A stretch of 64,000 nucleotides of DNA, from positions 49,843 to 113,842 of the forward strand of contig NMRA01000216.1 in NCBI GenBank assembly GCA_002633005.1, read 5' to 3'. The stretch comes from Phoronis australis. Its lineage: Eukaryota > Animalia > Phoronida. Shown here piece by piece: positions 28,101 through 43,100 of this stretch. Positions within the stretch are counted from its first letter, which is position 1; every line of letters begins with the position of its first letter. The translations under genes and the position numbers were made by a program. The notes under the pieces are model-generated. The model ran no database searches. It was not told the origin of the DNA and was given only the letters and a program-made list of their open reading frames with translations.

Positions 28101-31100
28101 GACTTGGGCAATCTTAGCAAATACTGATTATTGAATATGACTTCGCTCAATCGTATCCCGACTGGCGTGGCTACCTGACGGATTGCTTGTGAATAAATAC
28201 CTCTGACAGTTTTGTGTAAGGCCGTTACTGTCCTGCTCTCAAAGATGATGGTGGTGGTTCTGATGTGTCAAGCGATGTTGCTAGCTGTTTTTTTTTATCG
28301 AAAGGGGTCATGCCCAAGATTGGTGGCACAATAACTACTGCTGATTGGTTCCTCAACACTGATTGGTTGCTCAATACTGATTGGTTCATTTAACTAGTGT
28401 GTCTTTTAATGGTATTGCATAACTCAAGTACATCTTCATGTTTAGTTCTTCAATGCAAACACAGGTAAGACCATCTGCATGTAAACACAGACCCAACACA
28501 ATTTTTTTGTGCATGGAAGCGTCTTGTCTTTCTGCTCGAATGATCACACACCCTGTCTGTTCTGAAGGACAATACAAAATAATGTAGGATTTTGATCATT
28601 GAAAACGGGACTTGGTGTCATTCTTTGAATTGTGAATTATGAATAGTATTGGAAGCATGTCTACCTAACACGTCTTCATAAGTATAAGCTTTCCCTATCT
28701 GATCTTTTTCTCTGTGACAGCAGGCATGCTGCAGAAACATGCTAATGCAGGACGGCTTGCTTTGAATGTTCCAATTATTTTCGCATGTGGCATCAACCTA
28801 AAGAACCCCGTTCTTATCCTGGGTCATGTGACATGATATTGATTGATTTTTTGCAAACTCCGACCCACAATCTTATAATTTCACTTAGGTTTGGTTGCCC
28901 GGTTAGACCTGTGGAATCTGTTGTTAATTAAAATCCATTGTTAATTAAAATCTAATTATTTCTCGAGACATTTGTTCCGGTATCAGACTTTTGCATTTAT
29001 GACTGTTCTGTGTGGTTGTATATTCAGTTTGTTCCGTGTTGAAATACCTGTATGTATTTCAGGTTTCATAATGTGATGCCTTCGATTGTCTTCAATATTT
29101 GATTGTGATTTCTAAATGCTTGTGTGTCCCCAGTTTGCCAGATGATGACCGCGACATCTGTGTGTACGACTACTACGTGGACGAGTCCGGAGAATGGGAC
29201 CCCTGGCTGTCCAGGTAGGAAGATCATTTATGTCTACCTTTTAGAATAACATAGTTGATTAGGGAAGTGTTCAGTCACATGTTGAAGAGGGTAATTTAAA
29301 TTGCTGTACTGAAAGGCAGCAGTAGTTTAAGTTGCATTTCATCCTGTTAAGCTGACCAAAATAGAGAAAATCAAATTAGGCCTCATACCCATTCAAAATT
29401 GGTCTGCTGATATTCCTTACTGTGATAGGATTCTATTTCTGTTACCAACAAGAATATGGAAATTGATCAGCAACTTGAGAAAACGCTTCTGAATTGCCTT
29501 TTTAGTTGTAATGTTTTTAAACCCACAAGCACTTAGTTTAGGAATTCAACATTGACAGATATTAAGCAGGTTGAGATGAAGTGCAGCTTTAAGTAATAAA
29601 TACTGTAGTAATTAAATTGAAAATGGAAAGTATGTTACAGATGGAATTAAAATATTATTAAGCGTTTGTTGTTGTTTGGTTTACAGTGCAGGTAAACTAG
29701 TAGTACACGGAAAATTGAAAGTCCACAAGCTAAGAATTGTGGGATTGAAAACTTTGAAATAGGAAGCTGTGGATTGTGGGATAGATTTTAAATTTAGTCA
29801 TCAATTATAAGAATGTTGGGAATTTTCAAATTTAAAAAGTTTTCAGAAAAATTATGATCTTTTAATAAATTTCGAATGAATGTTTTGGTTTGTTCTCTTA
29901 TTGGTAGCCATTACACATCTTGCAATCATTGCCGTTTGCTTAGTTTTTGTGTATTTACTGTCAGTATTGTTCATGACACTGTTACATAATTATACCCATT
30001 GTTTTAGCATGGAGGGGTAAGCAGTCAGCTGTCCTGTACTCCCATTTTATCTATTGCATGCCACTTTACATTCTGTCCCCAGTTGTCTGTTATTCCAGGT
30101 CTTTGAAGTGTCTTTAGACATTTTAGTAGTTAGACTTCAATATCTTATTAGTAATACACACATTATTAGCTATTTAGCTTTGACTGCACCATGCCTCCCT
30201 TTTATTTTTTAAAATCCTGTTTTAAAAATTTTACCAGATACAATAAAATGTTTCCTCTACTGTTTTTTTTCTTTTCCAGGACATTGTTATTTTAATAATT
30301 GTGATTGTCAGCTTTTGTTTGATTTAATTCCAACTTCTTGCGAATTCAAAACAAACATCCCATGTCCCACCTTGTTTAAGTTTCATGTGTGAGTGTTATG
30401 TAGCAGGTACCGCATGAAAGTGTTGTCTGGTTTTACTGTACTGTAAAACGGAAATTGTCCCCTCGCGAATTAAAAAGGTGATGGATTACATTTTCTTTTT
30501 TAACTTTTGGAAGTTTTATATGGGGTAGGAAAGAATGAACACTTTACGTGTCCATTTTGAAGTCAGTTATTTTGAATGCTGCTTTGTGCTTTATATTATG
30601 CATTCTTTGTTTAAAAATCTGATGGTAATCCCATGTGGATTTCGTGTAGTCATGTTATTGAATGGTATCATACCAACTGACCCTAATCTTACTGAAAGAA
30701 CAGATTTGTTGGCCTTTTTCCTAGCAACTTCTCCTGAATTGCTTGATCACCATTAGAAAAATTGGTTGAACTGGTTCACCATTTTGAACAGTAGAGTTAC
30801 TCAAGACATTCAGGTGTTTCATTTGTTGCTACCATCATTGCAGAATCTTACCAGTTTTTGACGAAAGTTATCATAATTGCCCTTTTTCATTTTTAAAGGC
30901 TCACAACTTTATCATATTATCTTATGGTACGAACTTTAAAATGGTAAATTAAATTAACATTTTGTCAACTCACTCAAACAGCTATGACAGTTGTCCTGTA
31001 CGTCTATTTCCAGAGTGCCAGAAGCAGTCTACACTGACAATCAAGACATACTGGGAGAGGTGTTTGTAGATACAGTTGACACCGTAAGGGCAACAATATT

Positions 31101-34100
31101 CTTCATCAAAGTAGTCTTTGTAGAAAAGTGGGATTTCATTTTAACACAATTGTCCTCAAAAATGCTCTTGATCATTTTTTGTATTGAGGTGTGCAGATGT
31201 CAAAAACGGCATTGATTTTTACAAAAATTTGAATATTTTAAACAAGATAGTCCTTTGAAAATCTAAAAATGACAATTGTATATTTTTTGTGCTATTTTTT
31301 ATATTGCATTTATTGTCACAGTGATGTTTCCCCTTTATTGAATTTCTGAAAACAGAAATTATTTAATTTTACAATCATGTTGGAAATTATATTTAAAAAA
31401 ATAATAACAGATTATTATAATTTAAAATAATATTAAAATGACATAGCCAAAAATTGAATTTTGGGCCTGAAAAACGAGGCCCCTATATCGAAAATCAGTG
31501 ACAGAGTGCCTATGGTTCCTTTTTAGTTTTTGAATGGCTTGCCTAGCAAATACTGATTGCCTCGTCATGCTTCTCTGGTTCAAAATGTTTGTAAAAACAT
31601 AGAAAATAACAGCCATTGACACCTTGATGTCATTATGATTGTAAGTAAGACTTAGACATCACCCAGGCCTAACACGTCATTGATGTTGTCAGGTTCGTAC
31701 CCGTATACTGATGGAGTTTGCTGCTGCCTCAGGACAAAATGTTCTGTTAGTGGGACCCCAGGGCTCTGGCAAGACCTCAATGATTAATTACTTCGTCGAT
31801 TCTCAAGGTAATTAAATATTTTAGTGTTATTGGTATCTATTGCTGTGAATAGTATTGTGTGTTGTTGAGAATACAAAATGTCAGCTAGTGTTGTTATATA
31901 CCGGATGGGTGTAAGTTGTTCAAAGTCTTAGAACAGTTTATTAAAACACCACCTGAGATGATGGCATTGTGCCTCGATCAATTAGAGTCAGTGTATTGCA
32001 CAGTATTTTGCTTTAAAAAATTTGGTTTAATGTTAGCATTTTTCAAAATTTTGTACTAGGCCTTGATCCTGACGACTTCCCTCATTAAAATTTAATTTTT
32101 TATGTTGTTGAAGTCTCACCAAATACTTTGTTGTTCCAGATCCCCAGCAGATAGTAACCAAACGACTGGTGTTTTCTGCTGCCTCCAAAGCTCAACAACT
32201 ACAGACATTTGTGGAGGCCAACATTTACCACAGACAAGGTAAGCGTGTAATTTGAAATGTCATTGCCCCGTATACCTAAGGGCCTGCAAAGACTGATTGC
32301 TCACACCTTGGCTGTTTGGCTCAAATGAATCCTACCTGAACTGACTGCTCATGCCAGGTGAGAACAACAGAATGAACCAGTGTCGCTCCTTGGCAGGACC
32401 TGTCTTCTCATCTATAGATCATTTGAGGCTGACGTCTTAGCTTGTGGCTATCGTCTTTGTTGGCCCTAACACATTTACTAAGCCACAGCTTATGGGGTGA
32501 GTGCAGCGAGCCATGAATAGCCTAGTGGTTAAGTGGAGAAAGTCCATTCACAGTCAGTCCTTTGGTAGAGCTGGCTATAGCTGTGTGCAGACGCGAACTT
32601 AAACTAGAGCAAATTGCTCCAGGAGCAAGATAATCCGGCACTTGAGTGGCCAACAGAACAAGTTAAAGTTGGCAAATGCAGTTGTGGCATTGTCATTTGA
32701 ACACTCAGCTGATTGGGCGCAAGTTGCCCCATGTGCTTTTGAATGATTGTTTAATCCACAGAATAATGAACATCACTCGCCTTATGTCTGACATTGGCAG
32801 TTTTTCAGACATTTCATTTTTCTCCTCCATTTCAGGTTTTGTGTACGGAGCGAAAGAGAACAAGCGTCTACAGATGTTTATAGATGATCTTAATCTTCCA
32901 ACCAAAGACGAGTATGGTGTTCAGAAGTGTAATGAGGTAGGAATGTTAGGTTTTGGAATGAGGGATACCTGTGTCTTTTTTTTTTTTTCGGTTAAGTATT
33001 TTTATTTTCTCTAGCATGGGTATTTACAATTTACACGACACAATAAACAATACAGTATACAAGTACATTAGTTGCAACAAATTATCATCAAGTATTACAA
33101 TTTGGTATACAGAACAGAAATACAGATATATAAGAAAAAAAATCAAGCCATTCTCACCCTTAACATACACACGCACCCGCCCCCCCGCAACCTACTCTTA
33201 GTAGGATGTTGTCAGGCAAAAGTTATGGTTAACCAATTTCTCCAGGTTGCATGGTATTCATCTAAATTACCATTATTTAATAAAATCCTTCTTTGAATAT
33301 AAAATTCTCTTTCTAATATCTTAAGGAACTGACAGAAACTGGGGATTATTTTTTTACACCTGGATAGGTAAATAAAATGTTTTAATTGCAAAAGTATCCA
33401 ATTTAAAACTCTATTTTCATTACTTATGGGCATCCCAAAAAACATTGTTTTTTTGTCAATAACCATATTTATACCTTTTACCAACAACACCCAAATGATA
33501 CCTGTGTCTTGATAACGTTGAAAATGGAGTATTTGTTGGTCATAACTATTAGTAAACTAAGCTTGCTCTATTCTTCATCCTCGTACGATTGAATTTTTGT
33601 GTTAAGGATTTTTAACTAAAATTGAAAGCTGTACTTGACATGTAATCTACTTACGTCCGATTTGTTTAGTAATTATTGATTTATTAACTCCTTTTAAACT
33701 AATAACTCGTATTTGCTCACAGTGAGCGTACATTAGATTTCAAAATTTTTGATGAATTTTTGTCAAAATTTTTCAGGCGAAAAATAATGCTCATCATTTA
33801 ATAACAGGCAGATTTTTTGCCTCAAAATTTTGTCAAGAGGAAATTTTGTCAACCTTTTGAAATTTAATTCCCTGTCCCTTGTTATCTTGGATTTATAGTC
33901 TGTCATTTTTGTGACTGTCTTAATTGGTGTTAACTGTACTTGCTATATAGTTTGTGTCAGCCATAGTGTTTGCGTAAGTGAAATCAATGCAGAATCAATA
34001 TTGAGGCCTTTTGCTGGGCCATTTACATCACTTCCTTTTTTGCTCCATGGATATCACAAAAGCTTGCCTCCCCCATTAAACCAAAGTATTCAAATGCTAA

Positions 34101-37100
34101 TATCTGAGCATTGTTTCAGTTGCTGCGTCAGATGGTGGACAGTAAAGTGCTGTGTACTCTGGAGAAGCCATTTGAATGGCGGACCATTGAAGGACTTTCC
34201 ATCTTCTCAGCTATGTCCATGAGTCCTTACCCAAGTATGGTCAACCAGATTCTGGACTCCAGGCTATTGGTATGGGATTCGTATTTTATTGTAATTTGAG
34301 CACTGTCAGTTTTTAGCTTGTTCAGTCTTCAGAGGCAGGTCATTCCGGGCTTGGTCATTCAAAACCCATATGGGGTAATAGAACAATAATCTTCTCGACC
34401 AAGACTATATACCTTCTGTAAAGCTGTGTTTAATTACAGAGGCCAACTGCGATAGTTGTAACACTAAGATCAAGGTTCACAAAGAACTGCATTCACCGAG
34501 ACCTTGTGTGTCAATTTCAAAAGGCTTATTGTATGGGAGAGATACCCATGTTTTACAACAATCCACAAAATTCTAAGCCACTAGTATGCAGACTGGTGAC
34601 CCTTTCCAAACCCAAACTGGATGGTTAAAGCCACAAATTATCATACATGCTGTCAGTCTATCATGTACTTTAAGCTAGAAGGAATCAAAATTGCAGGAGA
34701 GAAGCTTGCCACTGAAGCATGTAAAAAGCTTTTCTTGGTCTTATGTATGAAACAACATGCAACTTATATCATAAAGATCTTTAAATTGCAAAGACTGACC
34801 TGTTTCTTAAGGAACTGCAGATTTTTAAGACAATATTGTACATGGTGGCTTTAAACACTTTGTCTTGTCTTTAAAAAGACATTAATCTTTTCATAAATGT
34901 CACTTGATTGTATTTTTTTATTTCTTTAAAGATATTTCTCTCTCACTGTTAGACTGTTCATATTTGTCTTATTGTTAGTGTTAGGGTATTTAATGTGATC
35001 TGCAAGTGTAATTGGTAAAATGCAGTGTATCTACCATGTGACAAACGGCATTTGTCCCAGCGAACATGGGTTTTGATTTGGTTTCGTTTTCTTGTATCTA
35101 TTTATTGAGACTCGACTGGAAAGTGAATATGTTGTGAAAATACATAAATTTTACTTAGATTGAGCGTTGGTAGAGCCAATTTCCAGAAGTCTGGTTTCAG
35201 GTGAGGTGTTAAGGACTCTAATCGTTTCCTTTCAGCGCCATTTTGCCGTCTTCTGCCTGCCAGCAGCCAGCGGTGACTCCCTCAAGAGTGTCGTCAATGG
35301 GATCCTGGAGGCCAACATGCTGCAGAACGACCACCCTGGACTGGACATTGACCTGCATCACCAGATCGTGGACGGATCCGTGAGAGTGTTGACTGCCGTC
35401 CAGAAGACACTCAGGCCCAGCCCCATGCCAGGCAGATTTCATTACTTGTTCTCATTGAGAGACATCACAGTGTGCTTCCAGGTATTTGTTACAACTTTTG
35501 ATGTGATTGTCATTAAAAACGGAAAAAAAAATTAAAAAGGAGTTGTTTAGATTTCTCAGGCATGATGGCTGCTATAACTTTTCTGTGTACAATAGAAATC
35601 CCTTTCTTGGTGATAACTTGCCTTTAAGTCTAGGTTTTACTTTTTTTTAACTTTGATGAAAGTAGACAACTTGTATGGCACTCATTGCAAAGTACTTTTA
35701 TTCAACCATTTTCAGACCTTCGCAGCCAGAGTCGATGGCTACTAACTATTATATCTTCACTTTATTAATTGATGACGCATTTCTGTCATTAAAGGGCCTG
35801 AAGCGTCTAGTAGATGAACACCGCGCAGAAGACTTGATGGTCGTGTCTCTGTGGCGCCACGAAATCCAGAGAATTATGCGTGACAGACTGTGCCGTCAGG
35901 CGGACCTGACATGGTTTGACGGCACACTGGTGCACACTATAAGAGAAGTAAGTTACGCCATTCACTGCAGTAATGATCACGGTATCTGTGGGGATCATGC
36001 AATCATGTTGTTAAATGTCACATGAGAGGCTGGTATGCATTCAACAGGGAAAAACAGGCTGTAAGGATTCATTGAAATTAATGAATTACTCTATTTACTT
36101 CTTCCTATATCGGCCATTCCAGCTGTGGCCATTCCGTTCCTCAATTTCCATGCATTATTCTATGGCCTTGTCCACGTACACCATGTTCATTCTATTACCC
36201 TATTTAAAAAGGAGGCGGAGCTTTTCTTGTCAGTTAATGTCATTCAGTTTCAATTGGTACATCCTGTGTGGCCACATAAATTACCCTTCAACAATAGGTA
36301 ACATTCTGTTGCCATATATGGAAATTGGGTGGAGCAATACCTGCCACTCGTTTTGTTTCTTGACACATCTCTGTCTTTTTTAGCTTTGGCCCAGCCTGGA
36401 AGAAGATCTTCACGAGCACTTTGTCACGTTCCCTATTGACACGCGCATGTACAACCGGCCAGTGACGACCAACGCAAAGAAGGAGATCCGCGTCATGCTG
36501 CAGCCAGTCTCCGCCTACAAAGAGTTGCACAACTGTTTGCAGGCTCACCTGACTAGGTACAACGAGGAGTTTGGCAACGTGGAGCTGAAGATCATGTTGT
36601 CTGACAACATTATTGAACATGTTGTACGCATGCATCGGATCCTCAGCTTCCATCATGGGTGAGTAGATTTGGCCTGTATTGAGCAGGATTAGGAAGGATT
36701 GGTTCTGGAATCTGTAGTGTCCACCACCACCAGCTTACATAGCTCCAGATGTACCCATTGACTTCCTCTGTGACAATAATGTCAGATACTAAAAGTAAAA
36801 CATTTTCATTTTTTCGTTCAACAACTGTGATCATTGTATAGGCTGTAAGATTTTTGGATGTGGGTTGTTAACAGAACAGTTTGTTTTTGAAGAATTTATC
36901 TAAGAAATAACTAATCTACTTCTTTGCTTATCAAAATAATTTAGTTCTGTGTTATAATTTGAGGTTATGTTTGTGTCAAAATATGAGGTGCAAAAGAATT
37001 TATTTGATTAAAATATTTACTAAATAAATTTAACGACAGAATGACATATTTATTCAAATGGTTGTCTGAATTCAATATTGATTTTTTTCAATGCATCCTG

Positions 37101-40100
37101 AATGTTTATGCTGTGATATTGTCTGATATTTAACCTTTGCCCTTTGACCTTTTAGTGGCAACATACTTGTGATTGGTGCTGTCGGAGCCCACCTGACGAC
37201 GTTGGCCAAGTTGGCTCTGCATGTGGCTGATTTGCCTATTCACTATGTGGACACGTCGAAACAGAACACATTCTTTGACGGTCTTAGGTCTGCAGTCAGG
37301 CTAAGTGGATCAGAGGGGAAAATATTAACACTTCTCTTCTGTGTAGGTTTTTTTGAAATGTTTATTTTTATAACAATATTTTTGTTGGTCCTGTGTACTT
37401 GAAGTTTTATGATTCGTTTGGTTAAGTGTATACTCTACAGTGTCAGCTTAGTAGACTTTGTTAAAATGTTATCATTGGATATATGAACAAAGTACATCTA
37501 AGACAAGTTTACTGTGCCTAGCTATGTTCTGTCATGAAAAAGACCAAATGCTTTCATTTGGAGCAGTTACTTAAAGCAAAATGCTAAGTTGGCAAGCACT
37601 TGGCACTTCTAGTGAGTCATTCAGCAATTTGCCATCCATCATGATGCAATTGTTATCATGCATAGAAATAAAACCTATTGAGAATTATGAAATGTTCAGT
37701 AGCACAATGCAGAAAATCAGCGAAATTTTTTGAAGATTTGCAAGTTTTAGTACTGGCTGTCTTAAGATTTACATGGATGTTGCTTGAAGGTATGCATGTG
37801 TATGATGTCTGAACATTACCTTCTAGGCTCGTGACCTGCGTGATGACATGTATATGGACGCTATCAACAGCCTGTTGGTATGTGGTGAATACCCTCACCT
37901 CTTCTCCAACGATGAACTCGATGGCCTGTTGCAGGTATGTCAAGCCATTGGGGGAAGTTGATACCTTTTTCATTGATTACGGTAAAATCTCACCAATTTA
38001 GAACACCATAGGTGTCAAATGAAATCAAATTAGTTCTTTTCCTCAGTCTTAAATAGCAGTACATAAATGGTACACTCATTCACAAGATCTATGCTGTAGC
38101 TACCTCAAGGCAATGTTTCCGAAAAGTTGTGGTGATTCAGAATGTTAGAAGCCTCAATGAAAAAGCAAAAAAAATTAAGTGTTGGCAATCATTTTTGTCC
38201 AAATTTAGTGAGATGTTACCGTACTAAATGAATTATTTTCAAATGTCTCAGCACTGAAGTATATCACGTTATCAAAGCTTTCAGTTGGTAAAAAGATGTT
38301 TGAGAAAATTGAGTTCAAGGTAAAAAGTAAGGGATGTGACAGGTGATAACCATGGTGATGACAGCAGAGACAGAAAGTAGACAGCAAATCACATGAAATT
38401 TATTGTTGATTTTTTCTTGTATTATTAAATAATTGTACTTTTAAGTTGAGGAGAAAATTTATCAGTTTGCTGAAATGGTCAGTGTTAGATATCAGCTCTG
38501 TATGTATCCTTGTCTCAAACACAATCATAGTGCCATGATTATCTTGGAATTTCTTGTATAAAGTTCTTAGCTGATTTTTTACATTTTTCTTGAAGATTTT
38601 TCATTGTATCTTTGTATGTAGTAACTTTCATAATTCAATGGAGATTTTATTATCTCCTGAATTGTAAACTGTGAGTGTCTGTAGATTCATCAATCTTGTA
38701 CCACTTTAGTTTGTTACATGCCTGGGTGTTTTCTCTTCTAGCATTTATTTAATACCTAACCCATTGCTCACCAGGGCCAGGTTGCACAAAAGTTATTCCT
38801 TGGATATTCATACATTGTTGAATAAAGCACTTACCAGTGGATAAGTTTTGTGCAACCCACCCTAAAGGAATCCTTTTCTCACCCTTTCCCTAAACCCCCT
38901 GACTTTAAGTACTACCTAGGCCTTCTTAAACCAGGCTCGTTTCTTTTTCGAGGATTTTCTTTACACTTTTTAATTAGAGCCTTAAAAATAAGGTAAATAG
39001 CTTCTTGTGTGCCATTGTGCTCATCCACTGTGCAAAAGCACTGTCAAGGCAGCTACAGCTGTATAACATACTTTTATTGAAATTTAGTGCCCGTGCATGG
39101 TATGATGTTGAGTAATTTTGCAATATCTGACTTTTAACAAAAGTTTTATTTCTTCGTAAGTTGTAGAATCTGTTGTCTTCATTAGTTATAATTAGTTAAT
39201 GACTTTTTGAGTAAATTTCAAACACATTTTCATAATCGAACTTTCCTAGTCATTAGACTAAGTTAAGATCCAAAATGGATTGACTTACCTCATTTTGTAT
39301 AAAACCATTCTAACAGATACAATGATTGTCTTCTCACTACCCAGTGTATGGTGTGCGGTGTGTCTATACAGCCCATTAGTCTATCTCTAGCTCATGACTA
39401 CCCTGTATGGTGTGCAGTGTGTCTATACAACCCATTAGTCTATCTGTAGTTCATCATGCTTTCTAACCCTATCTTCTCTAGGTCCCCAAAGCAGAACTAG
39501 CTGTAAGTCTCTGTGTAGATTGGCCCCTGTAGTGCTACATCTGTGCTGCATTTTGTAGTCATTGTCCAGGGACAGTTTTGTCATAGCGTGGCTCCAATTT
39601 GTATCGAGTAGAATATTGATGCGTATCGATTTTATGTTTTTGGTTTGTGTCATTACGCCATCTGTAAAATGTGTTGCTTCAGTGTCTGTGCCAGTTTTGC
39701 TACTTACAGGTCACATAAGTGGCTTGTAAGTGACTTATCAGCAACTGTGACTGAACTGGGCATGTGAGATCATACAGTCATGTGCCTATTTTTACAAAAA
39801 TGTTATGTATTAGGATTTTTGTTTCTGGGATGATCCATTTTTAATTAAAAATGTAAACTTCCTGCGATGTGTAAATTAATTAGCATCTTGGATTGAAAAC
39901 AAAATTGGTATTGTAACTGTAGTTGCACTGAAATGTTGCTTTTTCAATCAATTTTGAATTAATAAATAATTAAAACATTAAAGTAAAGTAACCTGAAACA
40001 TGTCTTACTTCAATGTGAAAGAAGAGGGCCTAATTATGCCATATTAATTAATAAATTATTTAATTTTAGAAGTCATTAATTATTTCCAGTGTTTCTCAAG

Positions 40101-43100
40101 TTTTTAACTGCCAAAGACCAATTTGCCAATGAGTGCTAATAATCGTTTTGTATATTAGGCATGCAATCACACCACTGGACATGGTCTCAATTAAAGTTTA
40201 TAGTTTCTGACCTAGGCTCTTGATGCTGGCCTATTCCTTGTTCTTGACGGATATTTAGTCTCAGCTTGTCTGCATTTCAGGCTATTGGACCAGCCTTGAA
40301 AAGAGAGCACCCAAATTTGAGCGCAGACCCTATGAAGTTCTTCGTATCCAGAGTGAAGTGTAATCTCCATATTGTTTTGTGTCTACAACCAAACCATCCG
40401 TTGTTGAAGACAATGGCAAGGTATGTGACTTTCGATTAATTCTAAACAAATCACGCTGTTTACAAATAAATTCAATTTTCCAGTGTTAAGCTTACAAAAA
40501 AATCGTTTTTGGCCTTCTGGACCTTCACCAGCAATAGTCTGATATAACGTGCCTGTATTTTGAGAACGAGTTTGATGCCTATTATTCAGTGGAGAAAACT
40601 GGTTCACAAAATTCGGGCACGTTATGTGAGGCCATTACCCCTTTACCACTCAAAAAGCACTATTTGTGAGAGTTGAATGAGAGTGACTGAATATTAATCA
40701 TTCTTAATGCTTGAAAGTGTTGATTGTTTTCTATGACGTTCTTCTCTCACTTTAATTGGGCTTCCATTTATCAAATGTTCTTGGACAAGGTGATAATTCG
40801 GGGTTTTTTGTTCTTTCTGGTCAAGGTCATTTTACAAAATGAACGTTGTAGTACTTTAACTCATGGTGATTTAATTGTTCATAATCTGTTTTAATGGAGG
40901 TTACAGATTATGTGCTAATTTGATTGACAGTTCTGTCATCACTTAAATTTTTAATTTAAATTTATAATTAAAATACTGTGTTCAGACGGTGCATGGTATT
41001 ATTTCCATCCCACAGTCAATACCCTGGTCTGCTCAGTGGCTGTCAACTCAGTTGGATGTGTGACTGGCCACAGGAGAGTCTACTGGGTGAGGCGTCCTAT
41101 TACATCACAAAGTACAACCTGTGTAAGGAGGGAGAGGATATGAGGTGAGCATTGGATGCGTTTATCTTCTTAGAGCAGGATTATTTAGGATTTACTCACT
41201 TCTTTATAGTACGTCAGTAATGTCAGTGAGTAAACTAACAGGGAAAATAAACAATATTGATGTTTTGTTTCTAATTTCAATGTTTTACACCTTCTTAAGT
41301 TAGGGATTGCTAACACTGAAAGGACAAATTGTAGTCAGTGGTGAGTGGCAAGTCAAGCACAGCTTGGTTAATAATGAAGGAAGCAGCTCTCAAACATACA
41401 CCAGGCGTGCGTTCAGTAGACGCTAGGACTTGCGCTAGGACCTAGCTAAAACCTAGTCAAAGTCACGTGCTCTAATTTAAAATGCACGGCAATTGCTCAC
41501 GTAATCTCGCGAATTCTTGCTTTTTAGCGAGGTCCTAGCGTTACTGAATGGGAGGCTGGTCAACCATGGGATCAGTATAGTCAACCACATGTTATCTTTA
41601 CAGTGAAAAGAGAACTGCTTAAGGCCCATGTTTGCATACCATTGCGACCATGTTTAACTGCTGATATTTCCCGTTACTATGAACTTAACGACTACATGTT
41701 CTCTGCCTGTTGTTGTGACCATGATTTAGCTGACTGATCTTCCCTTCCTCCAGCGAAAGCGTGACCACGTGCCTAGCCAACATCCACAGTTTTGCTCTGC
41801 GTGACAGTAAGCAGACCATCTACGCGGGCGTATTGGACCCAGAGGTCCCCATTACACAAGTTTCTGTGCATGAGAAGAAGAAGGAAGTCATCAAGACCAA
41901 AGTGATCAAAGTTCCCAACCTTCCCTACTCCAAGCTCACACTGCTGGAACATGTTAGGTCTGTGAATGTCAGGTGACATCTATCTGTTGTTAAGAGAATA
42001 ATCTGTTACAGTCACCACACTTAAAGTATGTGTGATTGAACAGGATTTATTAATTTTGTTTTCTGTTTTTAGAAATGAGATTTTATTATTTTCAGTATAT
42101 TTTGGCATTGCTTACCAGCATTGTGAATGGAAATGTCGAGAAAAAGCACGCTAGTCAAAGCGGCTCAATGCTGGCCATCTGATTTTCCCTTGTGTCATTA
42201 TTACAGTAACTTGTTCGTTCTATTTATAGGTCTAATACTTTCTTGATCACAGCACATTATTGTCATGTGCAATATTCCCATGTTGTTGCAGACACAGGCA
42301 TGTCCATCCCACAGAGAAGTCTAAGAATGAAGTGTTTGTCGGCCCGTCTACCTACCATCGCTTTATGCACTGCTTCAGGCAGGTTTACAGTGCCAAGGCA
42401 AAGTCTAGGAGAGAAAATGTCACCCAGTTAAAGTAAGACAAGACGTGATATAAGCCTTGTAGACAAAATTAATCAAAGTTATTATGCTGTTTCCCTGTCA
42501 TAATGGCCAATCAGCCTATCGCAAGCTCCGCCCCATTGCGAAATGTCGGCAGACAAACAAATTAAAAGTTTTACCCGGCAACGTGTTGTTTGTCGGGTAA
42601 AATGGCGGCTTGGAAACGAATGGTGTGTTCTGAATGGTCAATTAAGCCGTCGCTCAAAATAATGGCAATAGGTCATTAAAAACTATTGGTAATAACTGTT
42701 AGATTCAAAAAAATCTAATTACAGAATGACTTTAACACCTTGCTGGCTATCCTTGCCTGTTGATTCCCTTTCTTTTTCGGTCATGAGGAAAGACCTCTCG
42801 ATGATGAATTTCACTTTTTACCCATTTGTCTTGAATGGAGATTACAGGTCGCTTCATCCGAATACCTTTGGTTTGTACTGTATGTTCACCCCCTACATCT
42901 TTAAGGGTTGTGGAGATTTCAGTCCCTTGCTGATTCTAGTACGAACTTTGTTCACTGACTGAGTTAATTAGTGTATTCCTTAGACACAAAACACTCACAA
43001 TAAAAGCTTCTGAAGTCATGTGCTTTACTTGTAATGTATGGCATTGTCTCGCCAACATTTGCGTGATCTTGGGCTTATGCCAGTTTCGTGCATCTACAGA

